Below, in pieces: positions 27,136-39,100 of a DNA stretch of 64,000 nucleotides. A model generated the notes under the pieces. It was not told where the DNA came from. It worked only from the letters and a program-made list of their open reading frames with translations, and made no database searches. The stretch is from IMG/VR virus record IMGVR_UViG_3300032235_000776, positions 1 to 64,000 of that record, one strand, 5' to 3'. The DNA is from a virus. Numbering within the stretch: the first letter of the stretch is position 1; every line of letters starts with the position of its first letter. The translations under genes and the position numbers were made by a program.

Positions 27136-28746
27136 ATGAGTTATTTTTCACACGCCTTCCATAAAGTATTTATCGGAAATGGCACAGTTAAAACAACCGG
27201 TACCACTGCAGACTTAACTGCTGGTGACTTAGGTTTTTATGACTACAGTACTTTCAAAGCCTTGACTACAGCTCCGGCTTCAACCTTCAAAAAGATGTTC
27301 ATCATCGCACAAGGTTCTTATCACACAGTTGATTCATTATCTCCATTCTTTGGTGGTTTAAAAGAATCAGTTAAATCAAGAGGCATTAACCCTGCTTTCA
27401 TTGAAAAACTGTATTCTTCTGAAGCTGCTGATCCAATTGCAGATGTATGGACAGTAGGTTACAATGGTGTTACTACCGCTTGTGACTGTTTAGCTGGTAA
27501 ATGTGGTAATGTTTACACCTTGAGAATTGATGTTAAAGGTGATCCTACCTTAAGAACATTTGATAGAAATCTTTACCGTTATATCACTGTAGAAACTCCA
27601 TGCTGTGGAGAAGGTTGTGATGTATGCGTAGACGAAACAGTTGATCCACTTTGGATTGCAACTAAATTCGTTGAAAAGATCAACACTGACATGCAGTTGA
27701 AAAACTTCGTTCAAGCTGAATTGATCTACAGCGTACTTCCTACTTTTGTTGCTGCTGATGTATTAACTTACACTATCACCTTATCTACTTCAGAAGTAAT
27801 TGGTGATGTTGAAGATGAATACCCAACTGCTACAGTTACAGGAAGCGGTACTTCATATACTTTAGTATTTGCAGGTAACAACTACGCAGATCGTCCACAA
27901 AATGGTGACAACGTAACCGGTGCTACAGTTACTGTAACTTCTTCTACTGTACAAATTGCTAGAACCATGTGTGCTACAATTGAAGGTTTAGATGATGTAA
28001 GTGCAGATATTGCTACTTTCTACGAAAACGATACTACTATTAGTGGTGTTGCAGTACAAACAACTGGTACTTCAGCTATCACTTATGAGTTAGTTCAATT
28101 ATCAGCTCCAGTAACCATTACTAATGGTAACTCAATGGGTATTCCAGTATATGCTCCAATCCCTGCCTATGTAGGTGGTGTAACTTGGGGTGTATGTCCA
28201 TGTGCTGCAGCACCTGCTGCTTACACTGGTTGTATTGGTATCAAATTGACTGCTGCTTATATCGACACTAGATTTGGTAACTGTTCTTTCCGTCCAACTG
28301 ACTACTACAATGTTCAACCTTTGAAGATCTATGTATCTAAAGTTGACGATGCACAATACTGCACAGATAACCATACTTCTTGGAGTGTTACTCACAACGT
28401 TGAGTCAAAACAAGCCAATGGTTTAGGTGAAACTGTATTGAGAGATTACTTAGTAGCTCTTAACTACAAACAAGAATACTTCGAATGGGATCCACGTTTC
28501 CGTGAGGTTATGGACCAACAAGTATTCACTGCTGTTGACAGAACTGCACAATATGACGGTTTATACCTGATTCACTCTATTCCAAACTGGGTTAAAGGAC
28601 AGAACGTTAAAGCATATGATGAAAAATATGTATTAGCATTCTACTTTAAAGTTGACCCTGCAACTGGTATTTCTCCAAAAGCTACTTTCCAAACTGCTCT
28701 TGAGAACTACGCAGCATTGAACGGAGTAGATTTAGAAGTACTTTAA
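27136..28746 (+). CDS. abundant structural protein (auxiliary capsid-like)
   Basis: MCP-like codon bias, followed by terminator. Confidence 0.6.
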   Translation: MSYFSHAFHKVFIGNGTVKTTGTTADLTAGDLGFYDYSTFKALTTAPASTFKKMFIIAQGSYHTVDSLSPFFGGLKESVKSRGINPAFIEKLYSSEAADPIADVWTVGYNGVTTACDCLAGKCGNVYTLRIDVKGDPTLRTFDRNLYRYITVETPCCGEGCDVCVDETVDPLWIATKFVEKINTDMQLKNFVQAELIYSVLPTFVAADVLTYTITLSTSEVIGDVEDEYPTATVTGSGTSYTLVFAGNNYADRPQNGDNVTGATVTVTSSTVQIARTMCATIEGLDDVSADIATFYENDTTISGVAVQTTGTSAITYELVQLSAPVTITNGNSMGIPVYAPIPAYVGGVTWGVCPCAAAPAAYTGCIGIKLTAAYIDTRFGNCSFRPTDYYNVQPLKIYVSKVDDAQYCTDNHTSWSVTHNVESKQANGLGETVLRDYLVALNYKQEYFEWDPRFREVMDQQVFTAVDRTAQYDGLYLIHSIPNWVKGQNVKAYDEKYVLAFYFKVDPATGISPKATFQTALENYAALNGVDLEVL

Positions 28747-28772
28747 TCGATAACTATTTAAACACTGCAACG

Positions 28773-28803
28773 AAGGAGAGGGGGCTAACCTCTCTCCTTT
28801 TTT
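28773..28803 (+). terminator. intrinsic terminator
   Basis: AAGGAGAGGGGG/CCTCTCTCCTT plus T-tract. Confidence 0.85.
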
Positions 28804-28818
28804 GCTAAATATAAACCC

Positions 28819-29382
28819 ATGGTATTAAGCAAATTAGGACTACAAGTATATGATGACTTCAACTGTAAAGTTATGAGAGTCATGGACATTTCTACATATA
28901 ACCAATCTTTAGATAAGATTGAATGTGGAAGATTATTAATTACGGTACCAGGTTTTGGTTACCCAATCATGCATGAAGTAGAACCTGGATTTAACAGGTC
29001 TTTCAATGCAATTGATCTAACTTTACAAAGTGGGTTTAATTATGCAGATACAGCGGTACTTCCGGATGGTATCTACAAACTAAATTACTCTATAGCACCC
29101 AATGATCAAGTGTTTGTAGAGTATAATTATTTAAGACAATGCCAAGCTTACTCTTTATATTATGGTAAAGTTTGTGCCCTTGATTTAAATCCTTGCAATA
29201 TGTGTGGGGATAGAAAAGAAAAAATTGATCAACTTCAAGAAATTAAATTCATTCTGGAAGCTGCTAAGGCTTATGCAGAAGAATGTAATGCACCAATTAA
29301 AGGTTTGGAATTACAAAATTATGCTGTATCTTTACTTAAGAAGATGGACATAGGATGTGATTCTTGTAATACATGTAAATAA
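28819..29382 (+). CDS. structural protein (tail hub-like)
   Basis: LPDGIYKLNYS Ig-like strand; synteny. Confidence 0.55.
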   Translation: MVLSKLGLQVYDDFNCKVMRVMDISTYNQSLDKIECGRLLITVPGFGYPIMHEVEPGFNRSFNAIDLTLQSGFNYADTAVLPDGIYKLNYSIAPNDQVFVEYNYLRQCQAYSLYYGKVCALDLNPCNMCGDRKEKIDQLQEIKFILEAAKAYAEECNAPIKGLELQNYAVSLLKKMDIGCDSCNTCK

Positions 29383-29651
29383 TGAGTGCTAAATCAGAAT
29401 TATATAGCAAAGTAAGTTGTTGTTTTGCAAAGCAAGTTTACTACATGTATCAACAAAAAAGATACGGAATAAACTATTGTAATAAAGTAGATAAGGATAA
29501 AATTCATTCAACAAATCGTTTAATGAATTTATTTAAATTTAAAACTGCTTTTCAACCAGAATGCTTCTTGGATAACTTTAACACCTATGATTACAAACCA
29601 GACGATGTTTGTAACATGGCCACAATAATTGAGAAAATAAATACACTATGA
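29382..29651 (+). CDS. small structural protein
   Basis: TAATG coupling; KRYGI.YC motif. Confidence 0.6.
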   Translation: MSAKSELYSKVSCCFAKQVYYMYQQKRYGINYCNKVDKDKIHSTNRLMNLFKFKTAFQPECFLDNFNTYDYKPDDVCNMATIIEKINTL

Positions 29652-31612
29652 ACCCAGTAACAAGTTCTGACCCTAATAAATATACATGCTCTAGTATTAT
29701 AAGTGCTAGCTGCGTACTTTGGAATTATACTTCACCTACAACTGACTGTATCACTACTTGTGCTGGAGATAGCGTAGTTGATGTATTAAATAAAACAATT
29801 ACAAAAGTTTGTGAATTAAATACAACTTTAGATCTAACTAACTTAAACTTAGCTAGTTGTATTTCAGTTCCACAGATTAAAAATTTACCAAATATATTAA
29901 CTTCATTAAGTAATAAGATTTGTGCAATTCAAACTCAAGTAAATAACCTACCTACAGATGGAAGTGGTTCAACTATTTGTGATCCTATTAATGCATTTAC
30001 CTTACCTACTTGTTACGCAGACTTTGGTAAAACCGGTTATAGTATTCCAAGTGACACAACACTTATTAATGGTTACAATGTTCAGTATGTAGCAGATGCA
30101 GTTTGCAGTTTGTATACTTACATGAACGGTAGAATGGATGAACTTTTTGATCAGATTGCTACATGTTGTGGTTCTAGTTCAGGAAGTGGTACTATTCCAA
30201 CTGTAACCTCAGATTGTTTATTTAGTGGTGCAATTGCAGTAAATTTAGCATATGAATACTTGGATACTGCATTCTGTGCTCAGAAAGCTATCTTAGGTAC
30301 TAATATAGATCTTACTGCAGCTTTAAATCCTACAGCTCCATGTGTAACATCAATTAACTCTTATTTAGGAACTACCTTAGGTACTGCCACTACTCTTGAT
30401 GAGTCATTGGTTAATATCTATGATGCACTTTGTAAGATGACAGCTAAAGTATCTGCAATTTCTACTTTACAATCACAATGTTGTGTATTCACTTGTGATA
30501 GTATTGATATTGCTATACTTGGAGAAGTTGTAGATCCAGTTGCAAAAACAGTAGATTTAGTATTTACATTTAATGGTGCTACAAGCTTACCTGCTTCCTA
30601 TGATCCAAAATCAGATACAGGTTCTAAAGTAACGTTCACTGATAAAAATGGTTCTTACATTACTGTAAATATTGATTTATTTGATGATGCTTCATATACA
30701 GGAATTGACTTAACCGGATTAGATTTTAGTGGAAACATTACAATGTCTGCTAATCTTAACTATCAAATTAGTTATGGAGTAGATGGTAGTGGAGATCCAA
30801 TTCCATATAACTGTAACAAATGTCTTTCTGGTACTCTTATTATAGATTCTAATTGTGCAGTATGTTCTATTTCTATATTTGGTGGAACAAATATTAATGT
30901 TAAAATCACTTACACTTTTGAAGGAAGTACTCATATCATTACAACTACAACTAATGGATTGCTTTATATTCCTACTGGTTCTGTAATTACTTCTGTAATT
31001 GATGAATCAGATGTAGCACCTACTATTACAACTGAGTGCCCAGGTACTTCAATACCAACTCCATCTACACTAACATGTTGGAGATTTGCTATTCCAGGTC
31101 ACTTATTTTTAAATTCTACAAGTGGAGGTTCAGGAGTTGCTGAGAATGAAACAACTGATTTTAACCTAACTGGGATTATTTCAAATGGGGTAAGATATAA
31201 TTTAGGTTCTACAATACCTTCTCATTTTGGTGTTAAATCAACAGATAATCCAAATGGATGTGTAAGCTGTGGAGGGGTAGGCTTAAGTAATGCTAATGAA
31301 GCACTTACAACTGTAATAGGAGGTTATCTATCAGGAGGGGTAAATTATAATTACAGCACTGTTATGGCATCATACTTAAATACTTTAAATAGTTACATTA
31401 CAAGTAGTAACCCATATATTAAACAATTTAGTTCTATTTGTACTAATGAGTGTCAGTATTGTTGGAATTATAGATTTGTTCATGTAAAAACATATGGCTC
31501 TACAGCCCCATTACTAGAAATAACTAATGTAGAGGGTGGTATTACAACTGTAGCTCAAATTGTTGCAGAACAAATTACTACTAGTGTGGATTGCAGATGC
31601 GAAGGAGAATAA
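29648..31612 (+). CDS. Cys/Thr-rich fibre-like protein
   Basis: Repeated (I/L)..KIC motifs, many Cys. Confidence 0.6.
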   Translation: MNPVTSSDPNKYTCSSIISASCVLWNYTSPTTDCITTCAGDSVVDVLNKTITKVCELNTTLDLTNLNLASCISVPQIKNLPNILTSLSNKICAIQTQVNNLPTDGSGSTICDPINAFTLPTCYADFGKTGYSIPSDTTLINGYNVQYVADAVCSLYTYMNGRMDELFDQIATCCGSSSGSGTIPTVTSDCLFSGAIAVNLAYEYLDTAFCAQKAILGTNIDLTAALNPTAPCVTSINSYLGTTLGTATTLDESLVNIYDALCKMTAKVSAISTLQSQCCVFTCDSIDIAILGEVVDPVAKTVDLVFTFNGATSLPASYDPKSDTGSKVTFTDKNGSYITVNIDLFDDASYTGIDLTGLDFSGNITMSANLNYQISYGVDGSGDPIPYNCNKCLSGTLIIDSNCAVCSISIFGGTNINVKITYTFEGSTHIITTTTNGLLYIPTGSVITSVIDESDVAPTITTECPGTSIPTPSTLTCWRFAIPGHLFLNSTSGGSGVAENETTDFNLTGIISNGVRYNLGSTIPSHFGVKSTDNPNGCVSCGGVGLSNANEALTTVIGGYLSGGVNYNYSTVMASYLNTLNSYITSSNPYIKQFSSICTNECQYCWNYRFVHVKTYGSTAPLLEITNVEGGITTVAQIVAEQITTSVDCRCEGE

Positions 31613-31635
31613 TAATTAAAATAAAATAAAATAAA

Positions 31636-32814
31636 ATGAGCTCATATATAAACACAAATTGCACCCCATGTACTACTAGTCAAACAGTAATTACTCCATG
31701 CGATGGTTGCGCAATGATTTTATCTGATACTTGTGTAGTTCGCAAGACAGATGCAATTGCATGCTTAGGTATTGCAGTTGATGATACTTTACATACTATG
31801 ATTGACAAGATTGCTACAAAAATCTGTTCAATTGATGGCAATAACTTTGATACTACTTGTTTAAGTGTAACTGGTGTTGTTAACGATACAGCAGCAAATG
31901 CAATCAATCTATTAATTACCGCAGTATGTGATGCAGTAGTAACATTTCCAACCTTTAACACTTCTTGTTTATCAGGTGGTGGAGTAGGTGATTCATTAGC
32001 AGATACTATCAATAGATTAATTTCTGCAGCATGTGCTACACCTGAGGAACTTACTTTTAGTTTAAATTGGACTTGTCTGACTTCTCCGGCTACAACTGGT
32101 CTAGAAGATATCCTTCAGAATCTAGTAAATAACATTAAGGCAAATCAATTAAGCTTTGGTTCTGGATTTACAGTAACTCCGTTATCAAGTGGTTGTGGTT
32201 CTATTGTTACTTATGCCGGCCCAGGTTCTCCAGGAATTACTTTAACTTCTACTAATGGTACTATTACAACTGGTTTACCAGCATCAAGTATTATTGTAAG
32301 TGGTAGTGGTACTTCTTATAATGTCCAACCATCTTTTGCTAATGCAACAAGAGTAGTATTAACACCTTCAACAGCAGGAATTACTAATCCAGGAACATCT
32401 ACTACTGTAGGTTCTTATAGAGTTAGGTGGGATAACCACGTAGACTTTGATGGGTATTTAGCTTTTGGTTCTACAATTGTAAATGCTGCTGCATGGACTA
32501 TTTCAACAGGAACATTTGATTTATTTAATTTGGGATCAGGAACTACTCCGGATAGAGTAAAAATATTCCCTGCTCAATTTGAAATTGATGTACCTACTTT
32601 ACCAAATCCAGGTGATACACTTCCAGAAGATTTTTGCACTTTATTTAATGCAAAAATTATAGTATGGAATTTGGCCGGAGGTAATAAAGTAGAATTAGTA
32701 GTAAATGATTGTAAAGATATGGTAGTAATGCTTGAAGGTTTTGAAGCTGCATATCCTACTGTAGATTTAACAGCTAAAGTTTGGCTTTCACAAGTTCAGT
32801 ATTACACTGTATAA
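31636..32814 (+). CDS. Cys/Thr-rich fibre-like protein
   Basis: Tandem (F/L)NT.CL repeats; N-terminus resembles preceding gene. Confidence 0.6.
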   Translation: MSSYINTNCTPCTTSQTVITPCDGCAMILSDTCVVRKTDAIACLGIAVDDTLHTMIDKIATKICSIDGNNFDTTCLSVTGVVNDTAANAINLLITAVCDAVVTFPTFNTSCLSGGGVGDSLADTINRLISAACATPEELTFSLNWTCLTSPATTGLEDILQNLVNNIKANQLSFGSGFTVTPLSSGCGSIVTYAGPGSPGITLTSTNGTITTGLPASSIIVSGSGTSYNVQPSFANATRVVLTPSTAGITNPGTSTTVGSYRVRWDNHVDFDGYLAFGSTIVNAAAWTISTGTFDLFNLGSGTTPDRVKIFPAQFEIDVPTLPNPGDTLPEDFCTLFNAKIIVWNLAGGNKVELVVNDCKDMVVMLEGFEAAYPTVDLTAKVWLSQVQYYTV

Positions 32815-32852
32815 AATATACTGCATAAGTTTTTTGGTTTCTTATGTAGAAC

Positions 32853-32883
32853 GGGATGCCCTCTTCGGAGGGTATCTTTTTTT
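32853..32883 (+). terminator. intrinsic terminator
   Basis: GATGCCCTC-TTCG-GAGGGTATC plus T-tract. Confidence 0.9.
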
Positions 32884-32920
32884 GGAAAAACCATAAAAAT
32901 GTATAACTTTGTATAACTTT

Positions 32921-34027
32921 ATGAGTAATAACGTAAATAAATTACTGGATCTTTTCAAAAGAAAAGAATCAGTATTCAAACTATCTAACAAAAGAATTGC
33001 CGAAAGGAATCATGTTTCGTTAGAAGATGTATTTGAAGCTAAAGCAATGTTTAAGCTACAAAGACATAAGGCACTAATTGACCACTGTGAAGAAAAGGGT
33101 TTAGATGTAAATTCAGTAAGTTCTTACTGGCATAAGTCTCAACACTTCAGTATTAATCTAAAAATGCAAAAAGATTCTCTTGAGGATCTTCAAGCTAAAT
33201 TTTTAGAGGAAATGAGTAAGTATTCTCCTGTGTATCCTACTTTAAAAAGAAACAAATCAAAAGATGCGCATCTATTAGTAATTGATCCTGCAGATATACA
33301 TGTAGGTAAATTATGTAAAGCATTTGAATCCGGAGAGGATTATAATTCTCAAGTAGCAGTTCAAAGGGTTAAAGAAGGCATTCAGGGATTACTTGATAAA
33401 TCAGCTGGCTATAACATTGATAAGATATTATTAATTATTGGTAATGATATCCTACACATTGATAACCCAAACAGAACAACTACTTCTGGCACTCCTCAGG
33501 ATACTGATGGCATGTGGTATGAGAATTTCCTAATTGCTCAAAAACTATATGTAGATGTAATTGAAATGCTATTACCCCTAGCAGATGTACATGTCCAATA
33601 TGATCCTTCTAATCATGACTATACAAACGGATTCTTCCTGGCCAATACTTTAAAAACTTGGTTTAGAGAGAATAAGAATGTGACCTTCAATACTGATATA
33701 GCACATAGAAAGTATTTTGTATATCATGAAAACATAATTGGAACTACCCATGGGGATGGAGCTAAAGAACAAGATCTTCCATTACTAATGGCTCAAGAAG
33801 CTGCAAAGGATTGGGGAAATTGTAAACATAGATACTTCTATACTCATCACATCCACCATAAGAAATCAAAAGACTATGGTTCTGTATGCGTAGAGTCTTT
33901 AAGAAGTCCATCTGGTACAGATAGCTGGCACCATAGAAAAGGTTTTACCCACGCCCCTAAAGCAGTAGAAGCATTTATTCATCATCCTAATCATGGTCAA
34001 ATTGCTAGGTTTACCCATGTATTTTAA
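32921..34027 (+). CDS. calcineurin-like metallophosphoesterase
   Basis: DIHVG, GNDILH, SNHD, THGD, HHIH; promoter TTTG(32881)-N19-TAACTTTG(32904). Confidence 0.88.
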   Translation: MSNNVNKLLDLFKRKESVFKLSNKRIAERNHVSLEDVFEAKAMFKLQRHKALIDHCEEKGLDVNSVSSYWHKSQHFSINLKMQKDSLEDLQAKFLEEMSKYSPVYPTLKRNKSKDAHLLVIDPADIHVGKLCKAFESGEDYNSQVAVQRVKEGIQGLLDKSAGYNIDKILLIIGNDILHIDNPNRTTTSGTPQDTDGMWYENFLIAQKLYVDVIEMLLPLADVHVQYDPSNHDYTNGFFLANTLKTWFRENKNVTFNTDIAHRKYFVYHENIIGTTHGDGAKEQDLPLLMAQEAAKDWGNCKHRYFYTHHIHHKKSKDYGSVCVESLRSPSGTDSWHHRKGFTHAPKAVEAFIHHPNHGQIARFTHVF

Positions 34028-34076
34028 GAATAATAATAATAAATATGTTAAATTTTTTGAGTATATTTAATTAAGT

Positions 34077-34580
34077 ATGTGGGAGAATAATTTAAAGGCC
34101 CCTAGATTCAGATCTGATGAAGGAAGAGTTTACTTAGACAACAAAGAAATGGCTAAGGAATTCTTAAAAGAAAATCCAGAATTAGGATTTACATCAGAGA
34201 GACAAGTGCTTGATACTCTGAAGGATATACACATGACTATCCGGAATATTGCACAAGAGGAAAGAGATGGATTTGAAATCCCTCACTTTGGAGTTCTCAG
34301 ACATTCTGCAGTTAGTAATCCTAAAATGAAAAAGGATACAGCTAGAGGTATTTCAAAAGAACAATACATTGATTACCAAACTAGTTTTAAACTTAAGAAA
34401 ATGGTTAGGTTTACTAATTTTGATACTGATGGTAAAATATTAAAAATTAGGTTAGAATACGGACTTATAAAATATGCAATGAACTTTAGAAGCAATTGGT
34501 GCTTCAATCCTTGCAGAGATTATAAAAGAGCTGCATCCAAAGCCTTTAAAAAGAACTATAACAAACTAACACAAAAGTAA
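34077..34580 (+). CDS. IHF-like conserved protein
   Basis: GFEIPHFGVL motif; synteny before ring proteins. Confidence 0.55.
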   Translation: MWENNLKAPRFRSDEGRVYLDNKEMAKEFLKENPELGFTSERQVLDTLKDIHMTIRNIAQEERDGFEIPHFGVLRHSAVSNPKMKKDTARGISKEQYIDYQTSFKLKKMVRFTNFDTDGKILKIRLEYGLIKYAMNFRSNWCFNPCRDYKRAASKAFKKNYNKLTQK

Positions 34581-35248
34581 TGGCTCATATATCTATTAGA
34601 GAACATATTTCAAGAATAAAAGCAACTCTAAAGTTAAATAACGCTGATGCAAGATTAACTGATAGACATATCTACGCTTTAATGAAGAAGCACTCTAGCT
34701 TCCTATTAAAGAGAGATTCTAGTTGGTTAAAAGTATCTAGCTCTATTTACCAAACAATGGCTAAGATGGATCTAATAGAAGTGGATACAGTAGAGGCATG
34801 TAATATCGATACTGATTGTAACATTAAAAGATCCAGGTATAAATTACAAAATATAATTGAAAACCAAGATGGCCCTATCATTAGAAGGGTAGCATCTTTA
34901 GATGGTTCTACAATTGTTACTCCTACAGAATCTTCAGCTTACTTCAGGAAAATTAAAAAGGCAACAGCTAAGTATGATAAATCAGTTTACTACTGGTACA
35001 TGAATGGCTATCTTTACTTTCCAAATTTAGAATGGGATGCTGTAAGAATTGAAGCATACTTTGAAAACAAAGTAGAAAACGATTGCTGTGAAGAAAAACC
35101 ATATTGTGGTTATAAGCAAGATGAAATGTTTATTTTACCAGACTTCTTAATATCAGGAATGGATCAATTAATTGTCCAAGACTTATCAGTATACTTAAAG
35201 ATTCCTCAGGATCAATTGATTAACAAATCAGAAAACGATAAAAAATAA
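34580..35248 (+). CDS. tail tubular/ring protein
   Basis: crAss-like synteny; YWYMNGYLYF. Confidence 0.65.
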   Translation: MAHISIREHISRIKATLKLNNADARLTDRHIYALMKKHSSFLLKRDSSWLKVSSSIYQTMAKMDLIEVDTVEACNIDTDCNIKRSRYKLQNIIENQDGPIIRRVASLDGSTIVTPTESSAYFRKIKKATAKYDKSVYYWYMNGYLYFPNLEWDAVRIEAYFENKVENDCCEEKPYCGYKQDEMFILPDFLISGMDQLIVQDLSVYLKIPQDQLINKSENDKK

Positions 35249-36186
35249 TGGCAGAACAACGTTACAATATAAATTATAAAACCTTTGAGACATTCATGTA
35301 TGATGTTGCAGATGATCTATCTGCATATGATGATCAAGGTTACCTTAATAATGACAAGTATATCAAACTTGTTCAGAAAGTAAATGCTGACTTGTCTGTA
35401 AGAATTAATCCTACAAAAGAAACTGCTATTCACGTATCAAATTACAAGGCTCAGTTACCGGATGATTTTAAATTACTTAATGATGCTTACATTTGTTATG
35501 ACTACAAAATTAATAGAGATAATGTAGGTATTCAAATTGAGTATGAAAATGTACCGGTTACTAACATGAATGGTTGCTCTAACTCAATTGGTTGTACATG
35601 TAGTAATTGTGTAGATACTTTAAACACTTGTACACCTTCAATAAATACTTGTTTAAATGCCGTATGCCAAGATAAAGACAATTACCAGTGTACACCATAC
35701 CAAGTATGGAGAAAGTCAACTAAGGATGTTGTAAATATCTATGGAGTATTAAGATTAAGTCTTTCTACAAGAAATTATGCAGCTGAAGGTTGTTACCAAA
35801 AAAATCCATGGGATAAAGCAGTTGATGAAATGTCAATTACCAAAGAAGGCGGTTGTTACTTTATGAATACTTCTTTTAAAGAAGGAGTAGTTTATATTAA
35901 CTACGTATCCCACATGGTAGATGACGATAATAATATTTTACTATTGGATCACCCATTGACAAACGAGTACTACGAATATGAAGTTAAGGCTCGTATTTAT
36001 GAAGATCTTTGGTTAAATGGAATTGAAGAAGTAGCTACAAAACTTAAATATGTAAAAGAAGAACTTCGTAAAGCTAAAATTATTGCAAAGAATTTTGTTA
36101 ATACCTTTGACTTTGCTGAACTTAAACAAGTACACTTTGCTAATAGACACAGAATGGCTCGTAAGTACTTTGATAGAATAATGTAA
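35248..36186 (+). CDS. tail ring protein
   Basis: YKAQLPDDF, GVVYINY; synteny. Confidence 0.65.
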   Translation: MAEQRYNINYKTFETFMYDVADDLSAYDDQGYLNNDKYIKLVQKVNADLSVRINPTKETAIHVSNYKAQLPDDFKLLNDAYICYDYKINRDNVGIQIEYENVPVTNMNGCSNSIGCTCSNCVDTLNTCTPSINTCLNAVCQDKDNYQCTPYQVWRKSTKDVVNIYGVLRLSLSTRNYAAEGCYQKNPWDKAVDEMSITKEGGCYFMNTSFKEGVVYINYVSHMVDDDNNILLLDHPLTNEYYEYEVKARIYEDLWLNGIEEVATKLKYVKEELRKAKIIAKNFVNTFDFAELKQVHFANRHRMARKYFDRIM

Positions 36187-39100
36187 TGGATAGTTTAGAT
36201 AACAGTGTAATAACGACCCTTAATGCCGGCATGATAAAAGATGTCGACCCTCAATTATTAAAAGAGGGCCAATATACTCATGCAATTAATTCTCAATTAA
36301 ACTCACACCTTGGTAACTTTTCTTTTATTCAAAATGAACCAGGTAATAGATTATGTCTTACTTTACCAAATAACCTACAGTTCTTAAATGCTATTGCACT
36401 TCAAAACTCAAGGTTTGCTATTCTGTCAACCAACTCAACTACTTCAGAAATAGGTATTTATGATAGTAGAACATGTACATATACTACAGTAGTTAATGAT
36501 CCATGTTTAAACTTTCAAAAGACAAATATTCCAAAGGGTATATCAAAAGAAAATTATGATTGCTCAGAGACTATTTATTTTGCCGACGATTTAAATCCAA
36601 ATAGATTTTTAAATTTAGGCAACGTACCTTACAAGTATACTTTTGCAGATGATGCATGTAAAACAAAGATTTATACTACAGAGTTAGATTGTGATCAAAT
36701 GTTAATTGATCAATTAATTAATGTCCCATGCGTTACAATATCTAAATCACAAGCCGGTGGTACATTAGTAAATGGTTCATACCAAGTATGTATGGCTTAT
36801 TCTATTAATGGTCAAATTGTTACAAACTATTATAGTACTACAAATCCACAGCCTATATTTACTCATGAGAATCTTGGACAAGCAATTGATGTAGAATTAA
36901 CCAATCTTGATCCTGACTTTTCTGAGTATCAATTATTCTTAATTGCAACTGTAGCTCAACAAACAACTGTTTACAAAGTTGGAACATATAATATTAACAC
37001 TACTGCTGTTACTATATCAAGTATAACAGAGAATACAAACGTTCCCCTATCTGATTTATTTTTACAAAAAGTAGTTTATACTACCTCAAGAGACATTATT
37101 TCTGTAGACAACAGAGCAATGTGGATTGGTGCTAAGACAAAAGTAGAATTAGATTATCAATTACTTGCAAATCAAGTAACTGCTAAATGGGTTGCATATG
37201 CTGTACCGGTAGACTATTATAAGAACGGAGGTTCTATAGTTGGTTACATGAGAGATGAAACCTATGCTTTTGGTCTTCAGTGGTTATATAACACAGGTGA
37301 TTATTCACAAGTATATCCTTTGATAGGTAGAGCTGCTGTTCCAAGTGATAGAACTAAAATAACAAATAAAGATGCATATGAATTTTTTGCAAAAAACTGT
37401 GAACCTGTTAAAGCCGTTGAAAGATGGCAAGCTTACAATACTGCTACAGGAGCCATTCCAGCCATACCTGCTTCAGATTGTAAGGAGTTTGTTGTTGCTA
37501 CCGGCAACATGGCCTATGTAGAATCTACAGAAACCTATCCAAATAATACAGCACTCTATGGTGATTTAGCATGTACACCAATTAGACACTTTAAATTTCC
37601 AGATGAATGTATCGTACCAAGAAAAGTAAATGGTAATGATACTCAGATGATTATACTGGGTATTCAGTTTGAAAATATCAAACACCCGGTAGATAGTAAT
37701 GGAAATCCCCTTACCAATATAGTTGGTTATAGAATTGTAAGAAGTGACAGATCAAATAACAAAACAATCCTTGGAAAAGGATTAATGTTCAATGCTGGAA
37801 AATACGATTTACCTGTATCAGATAAAACTACTATACCAGCTATTTATCCTAACTATCCATTCAATGATTTAAGAACAGATAGTTTTCTTTCTAAGACTCC
37901 GGTAAAAGGAGGAACAAAAGAAAAAGGATACACTCCAATGGGAGAGTATCTTAATGACTACTTCACTTTCCATTCTCCTTCATTCTCATTTGCTAAACCA
38001 TCTTTTGGAACTGAGTTAGTAATTGAAGCAGAAAACTATGGCCAAACTCATAGTCAATTTACAGATGTATATGGTCATCCTAAACATCAAATGCTTACTG
38101 ATGTAGCTTTTATAGTTGCAGCATTACTTGGTATTGCAGAGGGACTATATGCTACAAAAGATAAAGAATGTGAAAGTATTGTACTTAAAATGATTAATAA
38201 CGGTGTAACAGGTACACCCGGAACTAGTGCTGGTAGTCCTGCAATGGGGGCAATTATCACTGGTTTAAATAATACTAAAACAACTTTAGATGCTACAAGA
38301 ACTGCTGGTAATTCAGAGGTAGTTAATAATGCAATTAAATCAGCAGAAAAATCTGCAATTGCAAGTGCTGTAGGTGCATTAATTACTCCAGGTTTAGGAG
38401 GAGAGGTAACATACACAAGTGAAAAATGTGATTCATTACTTTCATCACTTCCGGAAATTTTAAAAATTGCAAATAGTGTTTATCTATTTTCATTTTATTT
38501 TCAACAAGGATTTCAAACTGCACTTAATGCAATTAGAAATTTTGGACAATTTCAACAATATGCTCTACAAGTAAACTCACATTGTTACTACAACAATCAT
38601 GCATGTGCAGTAGAAGGTAATAAAAGAAGATATATTGACAATGCAAATTACTTATATCCGGCAATGCAAGACTTTGAAGGATATAGAGTAAATAACTTTA
38701 GAAGAGAAAGTAGTGTATTATTTAAATTGAATGACACTATTAATCCTCCAAGTAATAAAGATACTTCTAGACAAACTTTAAAAGAATCACAGGCTTGTGA
38801 TACATTTGAATTTAATGCACAAGCAAGTTCTTACTATGGTTCTATAAGACAAAAATTACCTGCACAATATGGTCAAGTAAACTCTATAACTTGGTTAGAC
38901 ACAGGAGCTTGTCATGTAATTGGGACTATTCAAAAATCATATTCAAGTGGACCTGTCTTTGGTGGAGATACATATCTTAATAGATTTTCTGTTAAGAGAC
39001 ATATGCATTACTTTAACCAAAGTGAGTTTATGGAAAATGATGGTCATGAATTTAATTATACAAATTATTATAATTTACCATATGCAAGGTATTGGATGAA

